Source of the DNA: an uncultured Actinomycetota bacterium
GTDB lineage: Bacteria > Actinomycetota > Actinomycetes > JAHEKZ01
NCBI GenBank assembly: GCA_963829525.1
Contig: CAWHIJ010000003.1
Span: forward strand, 384,001-448,000
Length of the DNA: 64,000 nt
Direction: 5' to 3'
In this document: positions 9,324-19,266 of the stretch, piece after piece
Position numbering within the stretch: the first letter of the stretch is position 1
Layout of the letters: each line of letters opens with the position of its first letter
Position numbers and translations under genes: made by a program
The notes under the pieces: generated by a model
Told to the model about the DNA's origin: nothing
What the model saw: the letters and a program-made list of their open reading frames with translations, nothing else
The model's database searches: none

Positions 9324-10106
9324 TTACTCGTCGTACCCCGGCGCCACCCGGTCGACGAGCCGAAGCAGGGCAGCCCATGCCAGCGCTATCGCCTCTGGGT
9401 CTCCGTAGTCGCCAACGACGGTCCCCTCGTACTGCTTTGCGGTGTATTCGCACACCTCCTGTGGAGGAAGCCGAAGTTTGCCCGCCGCTGCAGCCGCGAT
9501 CTGTATGTCGCAAGCCTTGTCCAGATAGAACATGCGGAGGAAAGCCTGGGCCGCAGTCTGACCAACCGTAAGGAGACCGTGGTTGCGAAGTATGAGGGCG
9601 TTGCCCTCGCCGAGGTCGGCCGCCAGCCGCTTCTGTTCGTCGAGATTGAGAGCTATGCCTTCGTAGTCGTGGTAAGTGACTCGGTCGTAGAACTCCAGAG
9701 ACATCTGGTTGACCGGGAGCAAACCCTCCTCAAGAGCGGCAACGGCACAGCCGGCGCGTGAGTGGGTGTGCAGGACGCAGCGGGCATCTTCGCGAGCCCG
9801 GTGAATTGCGGAGTGGATGACAAAACCAGCGGGGTTGACGCGCGCGCCAGGACTATCAACGGGGTTCCCATCGAGATCGACGCGGACCAACGAAGATGCG
9901 GTGATCTCTTCGAAAAGAAGCCCGTACGGGTTGATCAAGAAGTGGTGGTCGGGCCCAGGGAGCCGCAGCGAGATGTGAGTGAAGATCAAGTCGGTCATCC
10001 GAAAATGGGCGACCAGGCGGTAGACGGCGGCAAGTTCTCGCCGAAGCTGCCGTTCATCTGGGTCTGCGGACGTAGTGACGGACGAGTCAGAGGCAGTAGC
10101 TGTCAT
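9324..10106 (-). CDS. Class II aldolase/adducin family protein
   Basis: FTHIS, NPYGLLFEEITASSL, GFVIHSAIH, HTH, LRNHG Zn-binding histidines. Confidence 0.9.
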   Translation of the reverse strand: MTATASDSSVTTSADPDERQLRRELAAVYRLVAHFRMTDLIFTHISLRLPGPDHHFLINPYGLLFEEITASSLVRVDLDGNPVDSPGARVNPAGFVIHSAIHRAREDARCVLHTHSRAGCAVAALEEGLLPVNQMSLEFYDRVTYHDYEGIALNLDEQKRLAADLGEGNALILRNHGLLTVGQTAAQAFLRMFYLDKACDIQIAAAAAGKLRLPPQEVCEYTAKQYEGTVVGDYGDPEAIALAWAALLRLVDRVAPGYDE

Positions 10107-10249
10107 TGCGTCATGGTGCGCCAGGCAGGGTGTCAGCGCAACGGGTAGCGACTCGGAGCAAGCAATGCAAGGTCACCTTTCGGTCGCAAGCATTGACATC
10201 AGATTCAGGCGAGGAGTAGGCAGGGGGCCAACCAACCCGAGGGGACGCC

Positions 10250-11413
10250 GTGAACGGACCGATCGAGAACGCGCTCAGCCGCCGTAAGTTCCTTGGTGGC
10301 GCAGTGATGCTGGGCGGTGCCACCATCTTGACTGGGTGCGGAAGCCCGGCAGTCGAAGAGACACCAGACGCGGGGGCGTCCCGACCACCGATGGAGCAGG
10401 AGCCGGGAGAGCTGTCGATTCTGGAGTGGGGTGGCTACGAGGCCGGGGGAACGAAGGCACAGGCATACGGCCTTGTCGCGGGGACGGACTACACCGACAA
10501 GTTCGGTGGTAACTCGATCAGCTACACGTACATCAACAACGACGACCAGGCGCTGCAGAAGGCCACGGCGAGCAACACGTTCGACCTCATGCACCCGTGC
10601 GTCGAGGATCTTCCCGACTACGTCTCAAGGGGGCTGGTCCAACCCTTCGACCCGGAGCTGCTCGCGAGTTTCGGGGAGCTCAATCCGTTCCTTCTCGAGG
10701 CGGGACAGATTGACGGCAAGCAGTACATGATTCCGTGGGACTGGGGCTACGGGAGCCTGCTCTACCGCAAGGACAGGGTGGATGAGGCCGATGCGACCGG
10801 CTGGGAGCTCGCCTGGAACGAGAAGTACGCGGACAAGATCTCGCTCTGGGGTGGTGCGTCGACCAACTTCGAGATCGCCGGGCTGCTCCTGGGCTTCCCG
10901 GACATCGATGACCCGAGCCCAGATGAGATCGAGCAAGCCAAGCAGAAGCTGATCGAGCAAAAACCACTCAACAAGTTCTACTGGGACAACGAGTACGGCC
11001 AGATGCGGCCGGCCTTCAAGTCAGGAACGATAGACATCGCCTACTCGTGGCAGGCCGCCTACGCGTCCTTCGCCGACAAGGGGATGGACGTCGGATACAT
11101 GGAGCCATCTCAGGGACGGCTGTCGTGGCTTTGTGGGTTCCTCCTTGGGTCAACAACCGAGAACTACTACCACGCACATGATTACGTTGAGTCCTTCATC
11201 AACCGCAAAGCTTCCGAGGACTTGGTCAACCTGTACTCGTACGGGGCAGCCAACACGTCGATCGACATCAACAAGATCGAGAACCAGGCGCTCGTCGACT
11301 CGCTGAAACTTGACGATCCAGCGGCGATCTCCAGCGATGACGTCCATCTTCAGACGTGGATGCCGAACTCGGCGGCCATCGACACTGCCTGGCAGGAGGT
11401 TGTGGCCTCCTGA
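10250..11413 (+). CDS. Polyamine-type ABC transporter substrate-binding lipoprotein (Tat signal)
   Basis: SRRKFL Tat motif, LTGC lipobox, EWGGY, PWDWG, PSQGRLSW PotD-like motifs. Confidence 0.85.
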   Translation: MNGPIENALSRRKFLGGAVMLGGATILTGCGSPAVEETPDAGASRPPMEQEPGELSILEWGGYEAGGTKAQAYGLVAGTDYTDKFGGNSISYTYINNDDQALQKATASNTFDLMHPCVEDLPDYVSRGLVQPFDPELLASFGELNPFLLEAGQIDGKQYMIPWDWGYGSLLYRKDRVDEADATGWELAWNEKYADKISLWGGASTNFEIAGLLLGFPDIDDPSPDEIEQAKQKLIEQKPLNKFYWDNEYGQMRPAFKSGTIDIAYSWQAAYASFADKGMDVGYMEPSQGRLSWLCGFLLGSTTENYYHAHDYVESFINRKASEDLVNLYSYGAANTSIDINKIENQALVDSLKLDDPAAISSDDVHLQTWMPNSAAIDTAWQEVVAS

Positions 11414-12339
11414 CCGGTCAGGAAGCGACCCTGGAACGGTCGCCAACCAAGACGTCTGATCGGCGCTGGCGCCCAGGGCGGGGCTATCTTGTCCTCCCCC
11501 CGCTCCTCTTTGTCGCCCTGCTGATCTTCGCGCCGATCATCTACATTGCCCTGTTCAGCGTTGGGCTGAGGTCGAATGTCCCGGGGGCCCAGGTCGCCTT
11601 CTCCCTCGACAACTGGGACAGCTTCCTCTTCGGCGAGAACAATCCTTTCCGGGCCCGGTTCTTCTACTCGATGCGGGTGGCACTTCTCGTCTCGATCGTG
11701 ACAACAGCAGCTGCCTACCCACTTGCGTACTTCCTCTCCTTTGTCGCTCGCGAACGCCGCTACACGCTCCTCCTGTTGCTGCTTGCTCCGTTCTTCACCA
11801 GCTATCTCCTCCGGGTTCTGGCGTGGCAGATCATGCTGAACGACGAGGGAGTGGTTACCTGGGGGGCGCGAGCGATCGGTCTGATTCCAGATGACGGCAA
11901 CATATCGTGGCTCATCTACTCCACGTTCTCAGTTTCGCTCGTCCTCTTCTACACGTGGGTTCCCTTTGTCACCCTGCCGATCTTCGCCGTGCTTGAGAAC
12001 ATGGATCACCGGCTGTTGGAGGCGGCCCAGGACCTGGGTGCCAGTAGGTGGACGACCTTCTGGAGGGTCACCTTCCCCCTCAGCTTGCCGGGCGTGATCG
12101 CCGGATTTGTGTTCGTGCTCATTCCGACGACGGGTGAGTTCATCACCCCTCTGTTCGTCGGCGGCTCAGACAACCAGCTGTTTGGAAACTCCATCCAAGC
12201 CTTCTTCGGTACGACGAACTGGAATCTCGGCTCCGTGCTCGCCATGGCACTGATCATCACCGTTGTGATTTTGATGCTTGTCTTTGGTCGATTTCTCAAC
12301 ACCGACCTACGTGCCACCGCCGGTGGTGATGAGGCATGA
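11410..12339 (+). CDS. Polyamine ABC transporter permease (PotB-like)
   Basis: PFFTSYLLR and EAAQDLGAS EAA loop. Probable CTG start overlaps the upstream TGA. Confidence 0.87.
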   Translation: MTGQEATLERSPTKTSDRRWRPGRGYLVLPPLLFVALLIFAPIIYIALFSVGLRSNVPGAQVAFSLDNWDSFLFGENNPFRARFFYSMRVALLVSIVTTAAAYPLAYFLSFVARERRYTLLLLLLAPFFTSYLLRVLAWQIMLNDEGVVTWGARAIGLIPDDGNISWLIYSTFSVSLVLFYTWVPFVTLPIFAVLENMDHRLLEAAQDLGASRWTTFWRVTFPLSLPGVIAGFVFVLIPTTGEFITPLFVGGSDNQLFGNSIQAFFGTTNWNLGSVLAMALIITVVILMLVFGRFLNTDLRATAGGDEA

Positions 12340-13211
12340 GGTCGGGCGGGGTGGTCGTCAAGGTTCTTCTCTCGGCTTACTTCTGGCTCTTTCTCGCCTT
12401 CCTGCTCGTACCTCTGGTGGTCTTGGTCGTATTTGCATTCGATAACAGCACGACGGCGACACTCCCACTGGAGGGGCTGACCACAAGCTGGTTCTCGGAG
12501 GCATTCACCAACGGCCAGTTGACAAGGGCCTTGGCTCGAAGTGCGACGATTGCCGTCGTCGCGGCCATCATCGCGACAGTTCTCGGTCTCATGGCCTCTG
12601 TCGGACTCACCTCGGATCGGCTGCGGTTGCGATCCCTGACTGTCGCTTCCCTCATGCTTCCTCTCGTTGTGCCCTACATCTCCCTTGCGGTTGGTCTGGT
12701 CATCCTGCTGCAGGCGATGGCGGTGCAGACATCACTCACCGCGGTGGTCCTTGGTCATGTGGTGATCGCACTGCCCTTTGCGATCCTCGTTCTGCTTCCG
12801 CGGCTGCGCACTCTTGACCCGTCCATGAACGAAGCAGCTCGAGATCTTGGTGCTTCGGACTTGACGGCCTTCGGACGCATCACCTTGCCCCTCCTGGGTC
12901 CGGCGCTTGTCTCGAGCTTTCTGATCAGCTTTGTGACGTCGTTCGACGAGTTCGCGATCGCCTCCTTCCTTGCCCCATCGGGTCAGCCGACGTATCCGGT
13001 CTTTCTATATGCCAGTTCTCGCACCCCCGCGCTGCTCCCGCAGGTCATCGCGATCGGGACGCTCGTGATCGCCTTCTCGTTGGCCCTGGTGCTGATGGCC
13101 GAAGGTGGTCGGCGCTGGGCTGAGAAGCGACTGGTTGGCGATGTGGAGTTCGCTGATGAGGTAGCAGAAGAGAACTTGGCGGAAGGACTGGTAATGGTGG
13201 CGAAGTCATGA
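12336..13211 (+). CDS. Polyamine ABC transporter permease (PotC-like)
   Basis: EAARDLGAS, SFDEF. ATGA overlap with the upstream gene. Confidence 0.88.
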   Translation: MRSGGVVVKVLLSAYFWLFLAFLLVPLVVLVVFAFDNSTTATLPLEGLTTSWFSEAFTNGQLTRALARSATIAVVAAIIATVLGLMASVGLTSDRLRLRSLTVASLMLPLVVPYISLAVGLVILLQAMAVQTSLTAVVLGHVVIALPFAILVLLPRLRTLDPSMNEAARDLGASDLTAFGRITLPLLGPALVSSFLISFVTSFDEFAIASFLAPSGQPTYPVFLYASSRTPALLPQVIAIGTLVIAFSLALVLMAEGGRRWAEKRLVGDVEFADEVAEENLAEGLVMVAKS

Positions 13212-13263
13212 CGGACCGGATCAGCCACGAGGGTGTTGAGCAGCGTCAGAGAGAGGAGGGGGC

Positions 13264-14394
13264 ATGTCCGGAGGACAGATAGAGCTCGTTGGCCTCACCA
13301 AGCGATTCGGCAACTTCACCGCGGTGGATGGGATCGACCTGGACATTCCAGCCGGTGAGTTCTTCTCGCTCCTGGGACCCTCCGGCTGCGGAAAGACGAC
13401 GACACTACGAATGGTCGCTGGGTTCGAAGAACCCGATGCGGGTGAAGTTCGTCTTGACGGTCACGACATGTCGAGGACGTCACCTGCGAAGCGACCCGTC
13501 AACACCGTGTTCCAAAGCTACGCACTCTTTCCACATCTGCGGATCAGCGACAACGTTGCCTTTGGTCTGCGCCGCCAGAAGGTCTCACGCAGTGAGGTGC
13601 GGAGCCGCGTCAGTGAGGCGCTTGAGCTCGTACAACTGAGTCAGTACGCCAACCGCAAGCCGAACCAACTGTCGGGAGGTCAGCAGCAACGGGTAGCTCT
13701 AGCGCGTGCGCTGGTGCTCAGGCCATCGGTGCTGCTTCTCGACGAGCCGTTAGGTGCACTCGATGCGAAGCTGCGTAGGCAGCTTCAGGTCGAGTTGAAG
13801 CAACTGCAGGAGCAGGTGGGAATCACTTTTCTCTACGTCACTCATGACCAAGAAGAGGCACTCACCATGAGTGACCGGCTCGCTGTGATGAACTCCGGCC
13901 GGGTCGAGCAATCGGGGCGACCGCGCGACATGTACGAAGAACCTGAGACGGCCTACGTCGCGGACTTCCTGGGCGTCTCCAACTTGATGAAGGCAAGGAT
14001 CACCGACGGACCGGGATCTCGTTCGGCGGTGCTCCTTGGCGACGATTTCACACTGACAGCCGGAGCCGGAGACCTGGCGCTGCGCGGCGAAGCGACAGTG
14101 ACGATACGCCCGGAACGGGTGGTGTTGGAGCAGGCGGGAGTGTCGGGCGAGAACCGTATACCCGGGATGGTCACGCGGACGGTCTACCTTGGAGCGTCGC
14201 AGCAGGTGCATGTTCAGATGGCGTCGGAGCACACTTTGATGGTGCTGTCTTCGCACCAGGGTGACGAGCCCGCGGCCCAGCTTCCGCCGGGCACGGCGGT
14301 CACGTGCTACTTGCCAGCGGCCGCCGTTCGGGTGCTTCGACCGTCGTCCGGGTCGGCCCCTTTGCAGTCGAAGTCTGCCGTCGCGACTAAATGA
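13264..14394 (+). CDS. Polyamine ABC transporter ATP-binding protein (PotA-like)
   Basis: GPSGCGKT, VFQSYALFPH, LSGGQQQR, LLLDEP, VTHDQEEA, C-terminal TOBE-like region. Confidence 0.92.
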   Translation: MSGGQIELVGLTKRFGNFTAVDGIDLDIPAGEFFSLLGPSGCGKTTTLRMVAGFEEPDAGEVRLDGHDMSRTSPAKRPVNTVFQSYALFPHLRISDNVAFGLRRQKVSRSEVRSRVSEALELVQLSQYANRKPNQLSGGQQQRVALARALVLRPSVLLLDEPLGALDAKLRRQLQVELKQLQEQVGITFLYVTHDQEEALTMSDRLAVMNSGRVEQSGRPRDMYEEPETAYVADFLGVSNLMKARITDGPGSRSAVLLGDDFTLTAGAGDLALRGEATVTIRPERVVLEQAGVSGENRIPGMVTRTVYLGASQQVHVQMASEHTLMVLSSHQGDEPAAQLPPGTAVTCYLPAAAVRVLRPSSGSAPLQSKSAVATK

Positions 14395-15008
14395 ACGCGC
14401 GGTTTGTGTCACGAGGTGCGGTATCCGCCGTCCTCGCCGGCACGCTTACGCTGCTCTCCGGCTGCGCAGCCGAGCAGGCTGATCCGCGCACAACTGTCGC
14501 TGAGACGCTCAGCCCTGGTGCACAACAGGGTCTGCTAAGACTCGCTGTGAGTGCAGAGCAGCTGCCACCGTTGCGAAGAACGACAGATGTGCTTTCCGCC
14601 GATGATGTCGCGGCTCAGGCAACCCTTCCCGACCTGGCCCAGACGCTCGAAACAACTGGGTATGTGGGTGGGGTCAAAGTCGAGTATCGCGGTGACTCCC
14701 GGCGGCTCACCGGCGTAGAAAGTCAGGTCCTCGCATTCTCGTCCGAAGAGGGGGCGGCAGAGTTTGTTGACTACCTGACGCGGAATGCGGGCAGCTTCTT
14801 CGGCGATCCCATCAAGGTGAAACCCGTGGTCATCGCCGGCCGAGGTGGTTGGCGCATTGACCCTCCACTGTGCGGTTGTGCCGGTGCTCAACCACTCAGT
14901 GCGGGCACTCTACGCATCGGGACGAGAGTCATCGTCCTCCAGATCACCGGCCCGAAAGCAGACCCGAGGACGGTGCGGACGCTCCTGTCGACATCTCTTG
15001 ATGCCTAG
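14391..15008 (+). CDS. Hypothetical lipoprotein
   Basis: LLSGC lipobox, ATGA overlap with the ABC ATPase, CGC motif. Confidence 0.65.
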   Translation: MNARFVSRGAVSAVLAGTLTLLSGCAAEQADPRTTVAETLSPGAQQGLLRLAVSAEQLPPLRRTTDVLSADDVAAQATLPDLAQTLETTGYVGGVKVEYRGDSRRLTGVESQVLAFSSEEGAAEFVDYLTRNAGSFFGDPIKVKPVVIAGRGGWRIDPPLCGCAGAQPLSAGTLRIGTRVIVLQITGPKADPRTVRTLLSTSLDA

Positions 15009-15016
15009 CGAGGATT

Positions 15017-15036
15017 GATGCTCCTTCGGGAGCATC
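15017..15036. terminator. Hairpin with UUCG tetraloop between convergent genes
   Basis: GATGCTCC-TTCG-GGAGCATC. Confidence 0.65.
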
Positions 15037-15039
15037 GGG

Positions 15040-15927
15040 TCAACTGATGGACGCTTGGTAGATGCTCTCGATCGACGACCCCAGGGTCTTGTTGAACTCG
15101 TCGTCACTTTGCTGAGCGGACAGACCCTCTGTGAGTGCCCGCGAGAAACTGGCGATGACGCCGTGGTTCTTGGCCAGCAACGAGTTGGCGTCCTCGCGGG
15201 AGTAACCGCCAGAGAGGGCGACCACTCGGACCACACGTGGATGGTCGACAAGGTCGGCGTAGAAGTCAGGCGTGCTCGGTAGCGTGAGCTTCAACATGAC
15301 ATTCTGCTCCTCCGCGAGCCCGTCAAGCTGGGAGGCGATCGCCGTCTTGAGGAGCTGCTCAGCCTCGGCCTTCTGAGGGCTGTGAATGTCCACCTCAGGC
15401 TCGATGATGGGAACGAGTCCAGCAGCGAGGATCTGACGGCCGACCTCAAACTGTTGGTCGACAAGTGCGCTGACACCTGCTGCATCGGCGAGCTTGACGA
15501 CCGAACGCATCTTGGTGCCGAACACCGCGTGAGACAACGACTTCTGTAGGAGGGCGTCCAGCTCTGGCATCGGTTTCATCAGCTGAACACCGTTGGCCTC
15601 ATCCGCCAGTCCTTTGTCGACCTTGATGAACGGGACGACGGCCTTCTTGTTCCAGAGGTACTCGGCTGACCCCATGCCCTCGACCTGGCGATCCATGGTC
15701 ATTTCGAACAGGATCGCGCCAAGAACGCGCTCTCCGGTGAAGGCCGGGCTAGTAATGATTCGACTGCGCATCTGGTGCATGAGGTCGAACATCTCACCGT
15801 CTCCGGAGTACTCAGACGCCTCGATGCCGTAGAGCTTGAGAGCCTTCGGCGTGCTCCCACCGCTCTGATCGAGTGCCGCGATGAAGCCGTTGCCGCTCTT
15901 CATCTTCTGGAGCATCTGGTCGTTCAC
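15040..15927 (-). CDS. fda: Class I fructose-bisphosphate aldolase
   Basis: [52 protein letters not shown] start follows GGAGG. Confidence 0.93.
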   Translation of the reverse strand: MNDQMLQKMKSGNGFIAALDQSGGSTPKALKLYGIEASEYSGDGEMFDLMHQMRSRIITSPAFTGERVLGAILFEMTMDRQVEGMGSAEYLWNKKAVVPFIKVDKGLADEANGVQLMKPMPELDALLQKSLSHAVFGTKMRSVVKLADAAGVSALVDQQFEVGRQILAAGLVPIIEPEVDIHSPQKAEAEQLLKTAIASQLDGLAEEQNVMLKLTLPSTPDFYADLVDHPRVVRVVALSGGYSREDANSLLAKNHGVIASFSRALTEGLSAQQSDDEFNKTLGSSIESIYQASIS

Positions 15928-16082
15928 CGTCGGCCTCCGTTGTTGCTCTTCGTTGGGCACCCCACTTACGACCTTATCGAGGGTCAGCGGGAAGGGGGAG
16001 CCACGGTCACTCCCAGTGGTCCAGTGTCTCAGAAAGTGATGTCACCCAGGTGCCCACCTCAAAGGAGCGGGGTTTCCGTCAC

Positions 16083-16505
16083 CTACGGGGTGAGAGCGCC
16101 CCGGATGGAGTCGATCGCTGTCTTTTCTGCCGCTTCGCCTTCTGGCGCAGCGTCAGATACCCGCTGTGCGAGTGCCAAGACCAGCTCGCGGTACTCGACC
16201 AGGTCATCTGGGTCTTTGCTGGTCAGGATCTCGACCGACGAGCGAAGGGCGGCCAGCGCACCATCTTGCAGTTCGTCAGTTGACGAACTGACCTTCCATC
16301 CGCTGCCGTGGGTGCCGGCAAGTTCTCGGACCAGCTGACTGGTGCCTTCTTGTGACTGCGTGGCCAAGAACTTCGCCAGGGCCCCTGTCTCCTTGAACGT
16401 GGAGGTGAAGCCACGTTCGCTGATCGAGACCAGCATGCCCGCACCAGTCAGACCCCTGTGCAGAGTGTTCCACTCGTCCTCGGTGAAGTCGGTCTTGGTG
16501 GCCAT
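16083..16505 (-). CDS. Conserved hypothetical protein
   Basis: MATKTDFTEDEW start follows AAGGAG, helical protein ending AEKTAIDSIRGAL. Confidence 0.7.
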   Translation of the reverse strand: MATKTDFTEDEWNTLHRGLTGAGMLVSISERGFTSTFKETGALAKFLATQSQEGTSQLVRELAGTHGSGWKVSSSTDELQDGALAALRSSVEILTSKDPDDLVEYRELVLALAQRVSDAAPEGEAAEKTAIDSIRGALTP

Positions 16506-16735
16506 CAATACTCCTTGCGTTCTGGGTGAGTTCGAGGTGGGAGCCGGGTGCGTTTTCTTGTCTTCGGGACGGCGCGCGCGAACGGCGTCCGTCCCGGCAC
16601 TGTTGATTTGCACTGTACCCAACCACTCCCGGAGGGGTGGGGTGATCTTCTGGAGCCGTTCAGCTGATGTTCAACTGAACGGTGACCGGGGGCAGAGACA
16701 CTTGAGCCAGATCACTTGATGCGGAGGAGACGCCG

Positions 16736-17176
16736 ATGAACGACAAAGCCGACGGAGGGCAGCCGGATGTGCCGACGGTGCTGTTCCTCTGCGTCCACAA
16801 CGCCGGCCGGTCGCAGATGGCGATGGGGTTCTTCCACCACTACGCCGGTGATCGGGCAGCGGTTTGGTCCGGGGGGTCGGAGCCAGCCAGCGAAGTGAAC
16901 CCATCGGCGGTGACGGCGATGGCTGAGGTCGGAATCGACATCACGGCTGCGACACCGCAGCTATGGACTGACGACATTGTTCGCGCGGCTGACGTCGTGG
17001 TCACCATGGGGTGTGGAGACACATGTCCTGTGTTTCCCGGCAAGCGCTACCTCGACTGGGTCCTGGACGACCCCGCAGGCCAGGGAGTTGACGCCGTCCG
17101 GCCCATCCGCGATGAGATCGAACTCCGAGTGCGAGCGTTACTGGCTGAACTGGGGATCTCCGCCGCGATGTCCTAG
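16736..17176 (+). CDS. arsC: Arsenate reductase ArsC (LMW-PTP fold, actinobacterial type)
   Basis: CVHNAGRSQMA P-loop, TMGCGDTCP, DWVLDDP. Confidence 0.88.
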   Translation: MNDKADGGQPDVPTVLFLCVHNAGRSQMAMGFFHHYAGDRAAVWSGGSEPASEVNPSAVTAMAEVGIDITAATPQLWTDDIVRAADVVVTMGCGDTCPVFPGKRYLDWVLDDPAGQGVDAVRPIRDEIELRVRALLAELGISAAMS

Positions 17177-17356
17177 AACCGGGCGCAGAGCCTTGCGGCG
17201 ACGCCGTCGCAACTTCGTGGCAGTAGCTGACCACCCCGGCGATCCACTCGCGAAGCCCGCTATGTTCGGCCGATTGTGGGTCCGCCCCTTGCTCGACGGC
17301 AGAGTGACGTCGAAAGTGGCACGTAGGCCCTCAGCAATCGCGGCTAGAGTCCCCGT

Positions 17357-19024
17357 GTGAGTCCGCGTCTGAAGCCCCCGCAGGGAAAGGACGCCGCGGC
17401 CGGGCTGTTGCTGGGGCTCGCCAACGTGCCAGGCGGGCTGGCGATGGGCGTGCTCGCCGGTGTCAGCCCTGTCTCTGGGCTGTACGGCTACCTGTTCGGC
17501 ACCGTGGCCGGTGCGTTCGCCACTAGTTCAGTGCTGATGTCGGTGCAAGCGACTGCGGCACTCGCGGTGCTGACGTCCGATGTCCCGGGGGTCGACGGTT
17601 CATCGGCAGGGCTGACGGCCCTGGTCACGCTGACAGTGCTGACCGGTCTGATCATGCTCAGCCTGGGGCTGGCCAAGACGGGCTCGGTGGTGAGGTTTGT
17701 GCCGCACTCAGTGGTCACAGGGTTCATCAACGCCGTCGCGGTCACGATCGTGCTGTCGCAGGTCGCTGAGCTGACCGGCTATCGCTCGGCCGAGTCTCAC
17801 CGCGTCCTCCGGGTCGTCGACACGGCTGCCAACGTGGACTTGGTCGATCCGGCGACCGTCATCGTTGCCCTGGTCACGATCGTCCTGATCGTGGTGCTCG
17901 GAAGCACCCGGCTTGGTGGATTCGGCATGGTTGTCGCGATCTTGGCGGTTTCAGCGGTGGTAGAGCTCGGCGGGCTCGACTCTGTGCGGCAGGTGGCAGA
18001 TGTCGCTGAGATTCCGAGGGGGCTTCCCGTCCCCGAACTTCCAGATTTGTCACTGGTCTGGGGGCTCTTGCTTCCTGCGGTCTCACTTTCGTTCGTCGGG
18101 CTGGTCCAGGGGTCGGCAATCAGTCAGTCCGTTCCCAACCCGGATGGTCGCTACCCCGACGTCTCGGGTGACTTCCGCGGTCAAGGCGTGGCCAACGTGG
18201 CGTCTGGGCTCTTCCAAGGGATGCCGGTGGGAGGGTCGATGTCGGCGACCGGGATATTGACATCGGCCGGTGCTCGAACGCGATGGGCCAACCTCGTCGC
18301 TGGTGCGGTGATGCTGCTCGTCATCCTGGCCATCCCGGGGGCGGCCAACCTCATCGCGATGCCCGCGTTGGCGGGCCTTCTGACCGTCGTCGGATTTCGC
18401 ACCTTCCGCCTGAACGAGGTGGAGATGGTGTGGCGAACCGGCCGAGGTCACGCCCTTGTGATGGTTCTGACCTTCGTCTTGACCATCGTCGCGCCTCTCC
18501 AGTTTGCGGTGCTGGCAGGGATCGGAATGTCGGTGGCGCTCTTCGTGGTCAGACAGTCCAACAAAGTAATCATCTATCGATGGGTGCTCCATGCAGGAGA
18601 TCCCTTCCCGAAGGAGGGTCCACCTCCGCGTGAACTACCCGCGGGCGAGGTTGTCGTTCTCACCACCTACGGCAGCCTCTTCTTCGCGTCCGCTCCGGTC
18701 TTTGAGAGCCAACTCCCGGAGGTGACCGACCATTCACAGAATGCGGTCGTCGTTCTCCGCCTACGCGGGAAGGAGGATCTGGGCAGCACATTCATCTCCG
18801 TGCTCATGCGCTACCGCAGGTCGTTAGATACCGTCGGCGGACATCTGGTGCTGTCTGGGGTTGGCGACCGCATTTGGCGACAACTCCAAGACACCGGCTC
18901 CCTGGACGAACTGGGCGAGGCGAACGTCTTCACTGCCACTGAGTCAGTGGGGGAGTCCCTGCAACGGGCGCTCGTCAGAGCAGAACAACTACAGGGCGGT
19001 ACGTCCAGTGACGCAGCTGGCTAG
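17357..19024 (+). CDS. SulP family anion transporter with STAS domain
   Basis: GLYG, FVPHSVVTGF, GQGVAN, GGSMSAT, C-terminal YGSLFFAS STAS domain. Confidence 0.9.
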   Translation: MSPRLKPPQGKDAAAGLLLGLANVPGGLAMGVLAGVSPVSGLYGYLFGTVAGAFATSSVLMSVQATAALAVLTSDVPGVDGSSAGLTALVTLTVLTGLIMLSLGLAKTGSVVRFVPHSVVTGFINAVAVTIVLSQVAELTGYRSAESHRVLRVVDTAANVDLVDPATVIVALVTIVLIVVLGSTRLGGFGMVVAILAVSAVVELGGLDSVRQVADVAEIPRGLPVPELPDLSLVWGLLLPAVSLSFVGLVQGSAISQSVPNPDGRYPDVSGDFRGQGVANVASGLFQGMPVGGSMSATGILTSAGARTRWANLVAGAVMLLVILAIPGAANLIAMPALAGLLTVVGFRTFRLNEVEMVWRTGRGHALVMVLTFVLTIVAPLQFAVLAGIGMSVALFVVRQSNKVIIYRWVLHAGDPFPKEGPPPRELPAGEVVVLTTYGSLFFASAPVFESQLPEVTDHSQNAVVVLRLRGKEDLGSTFISVLMRYRRSLDTVGGHLVLSGVGDRIWRQLQDTGSLDELGEANVFTATESVGESLQRALVRAEQLQGGTSSDAAG

Positions 19025-19188
19025 TTGCTGCGCCGGCTGAAGATGGTGGCCACTGCTGCGGCGATAACGGCGATCCCAACAGCGATCAAAATCCCCTTAA
19101 GGACCCCATGACCTGAGTCGTCGTCCCACTGGTCCAGGTCGGGGGACTCGATGATCTCTAGGACGTCGGTGGTGGTGGTCTCGCTCAT
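19021..19188 (-). CDS. Small (55 aa) single-TM membrane protein, not in ORF track
   Basis: MSETTTTDVLEIIESPDLDQWDDDSGHGVLKGILIAVGIAVIAAAVATIFSRRSN*, RBS GAGGGA, acidic N-terminus then TM then basic tail. Confidence 0.65.
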   Translation of the reverse strand: MSETTTTDVLEIIESPDLDQWDDDSGHGVLKGILIAVGIAVIAAAVATIFSRRSN

Positions 19189-19252
19189 GGCTTCCCTCGT
19201 TTACGTTGTCACGGTCATTGCCAACCTACGTCGTTAGGACCCGACTTCGAAA

Positions 19253-19266
19253 GGGTCCTTCGACCA
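19253..19266. promoter_or_regulatory. Possible DosR/DevR-like box
   Basis: GGGTCCTTCGACCA fits GGGnCnnnnGnCCC with one mismatch. It is centred ~-43 relative to the start predicted from a minus-strand TAGGTT -10. Confidence 0.35.
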
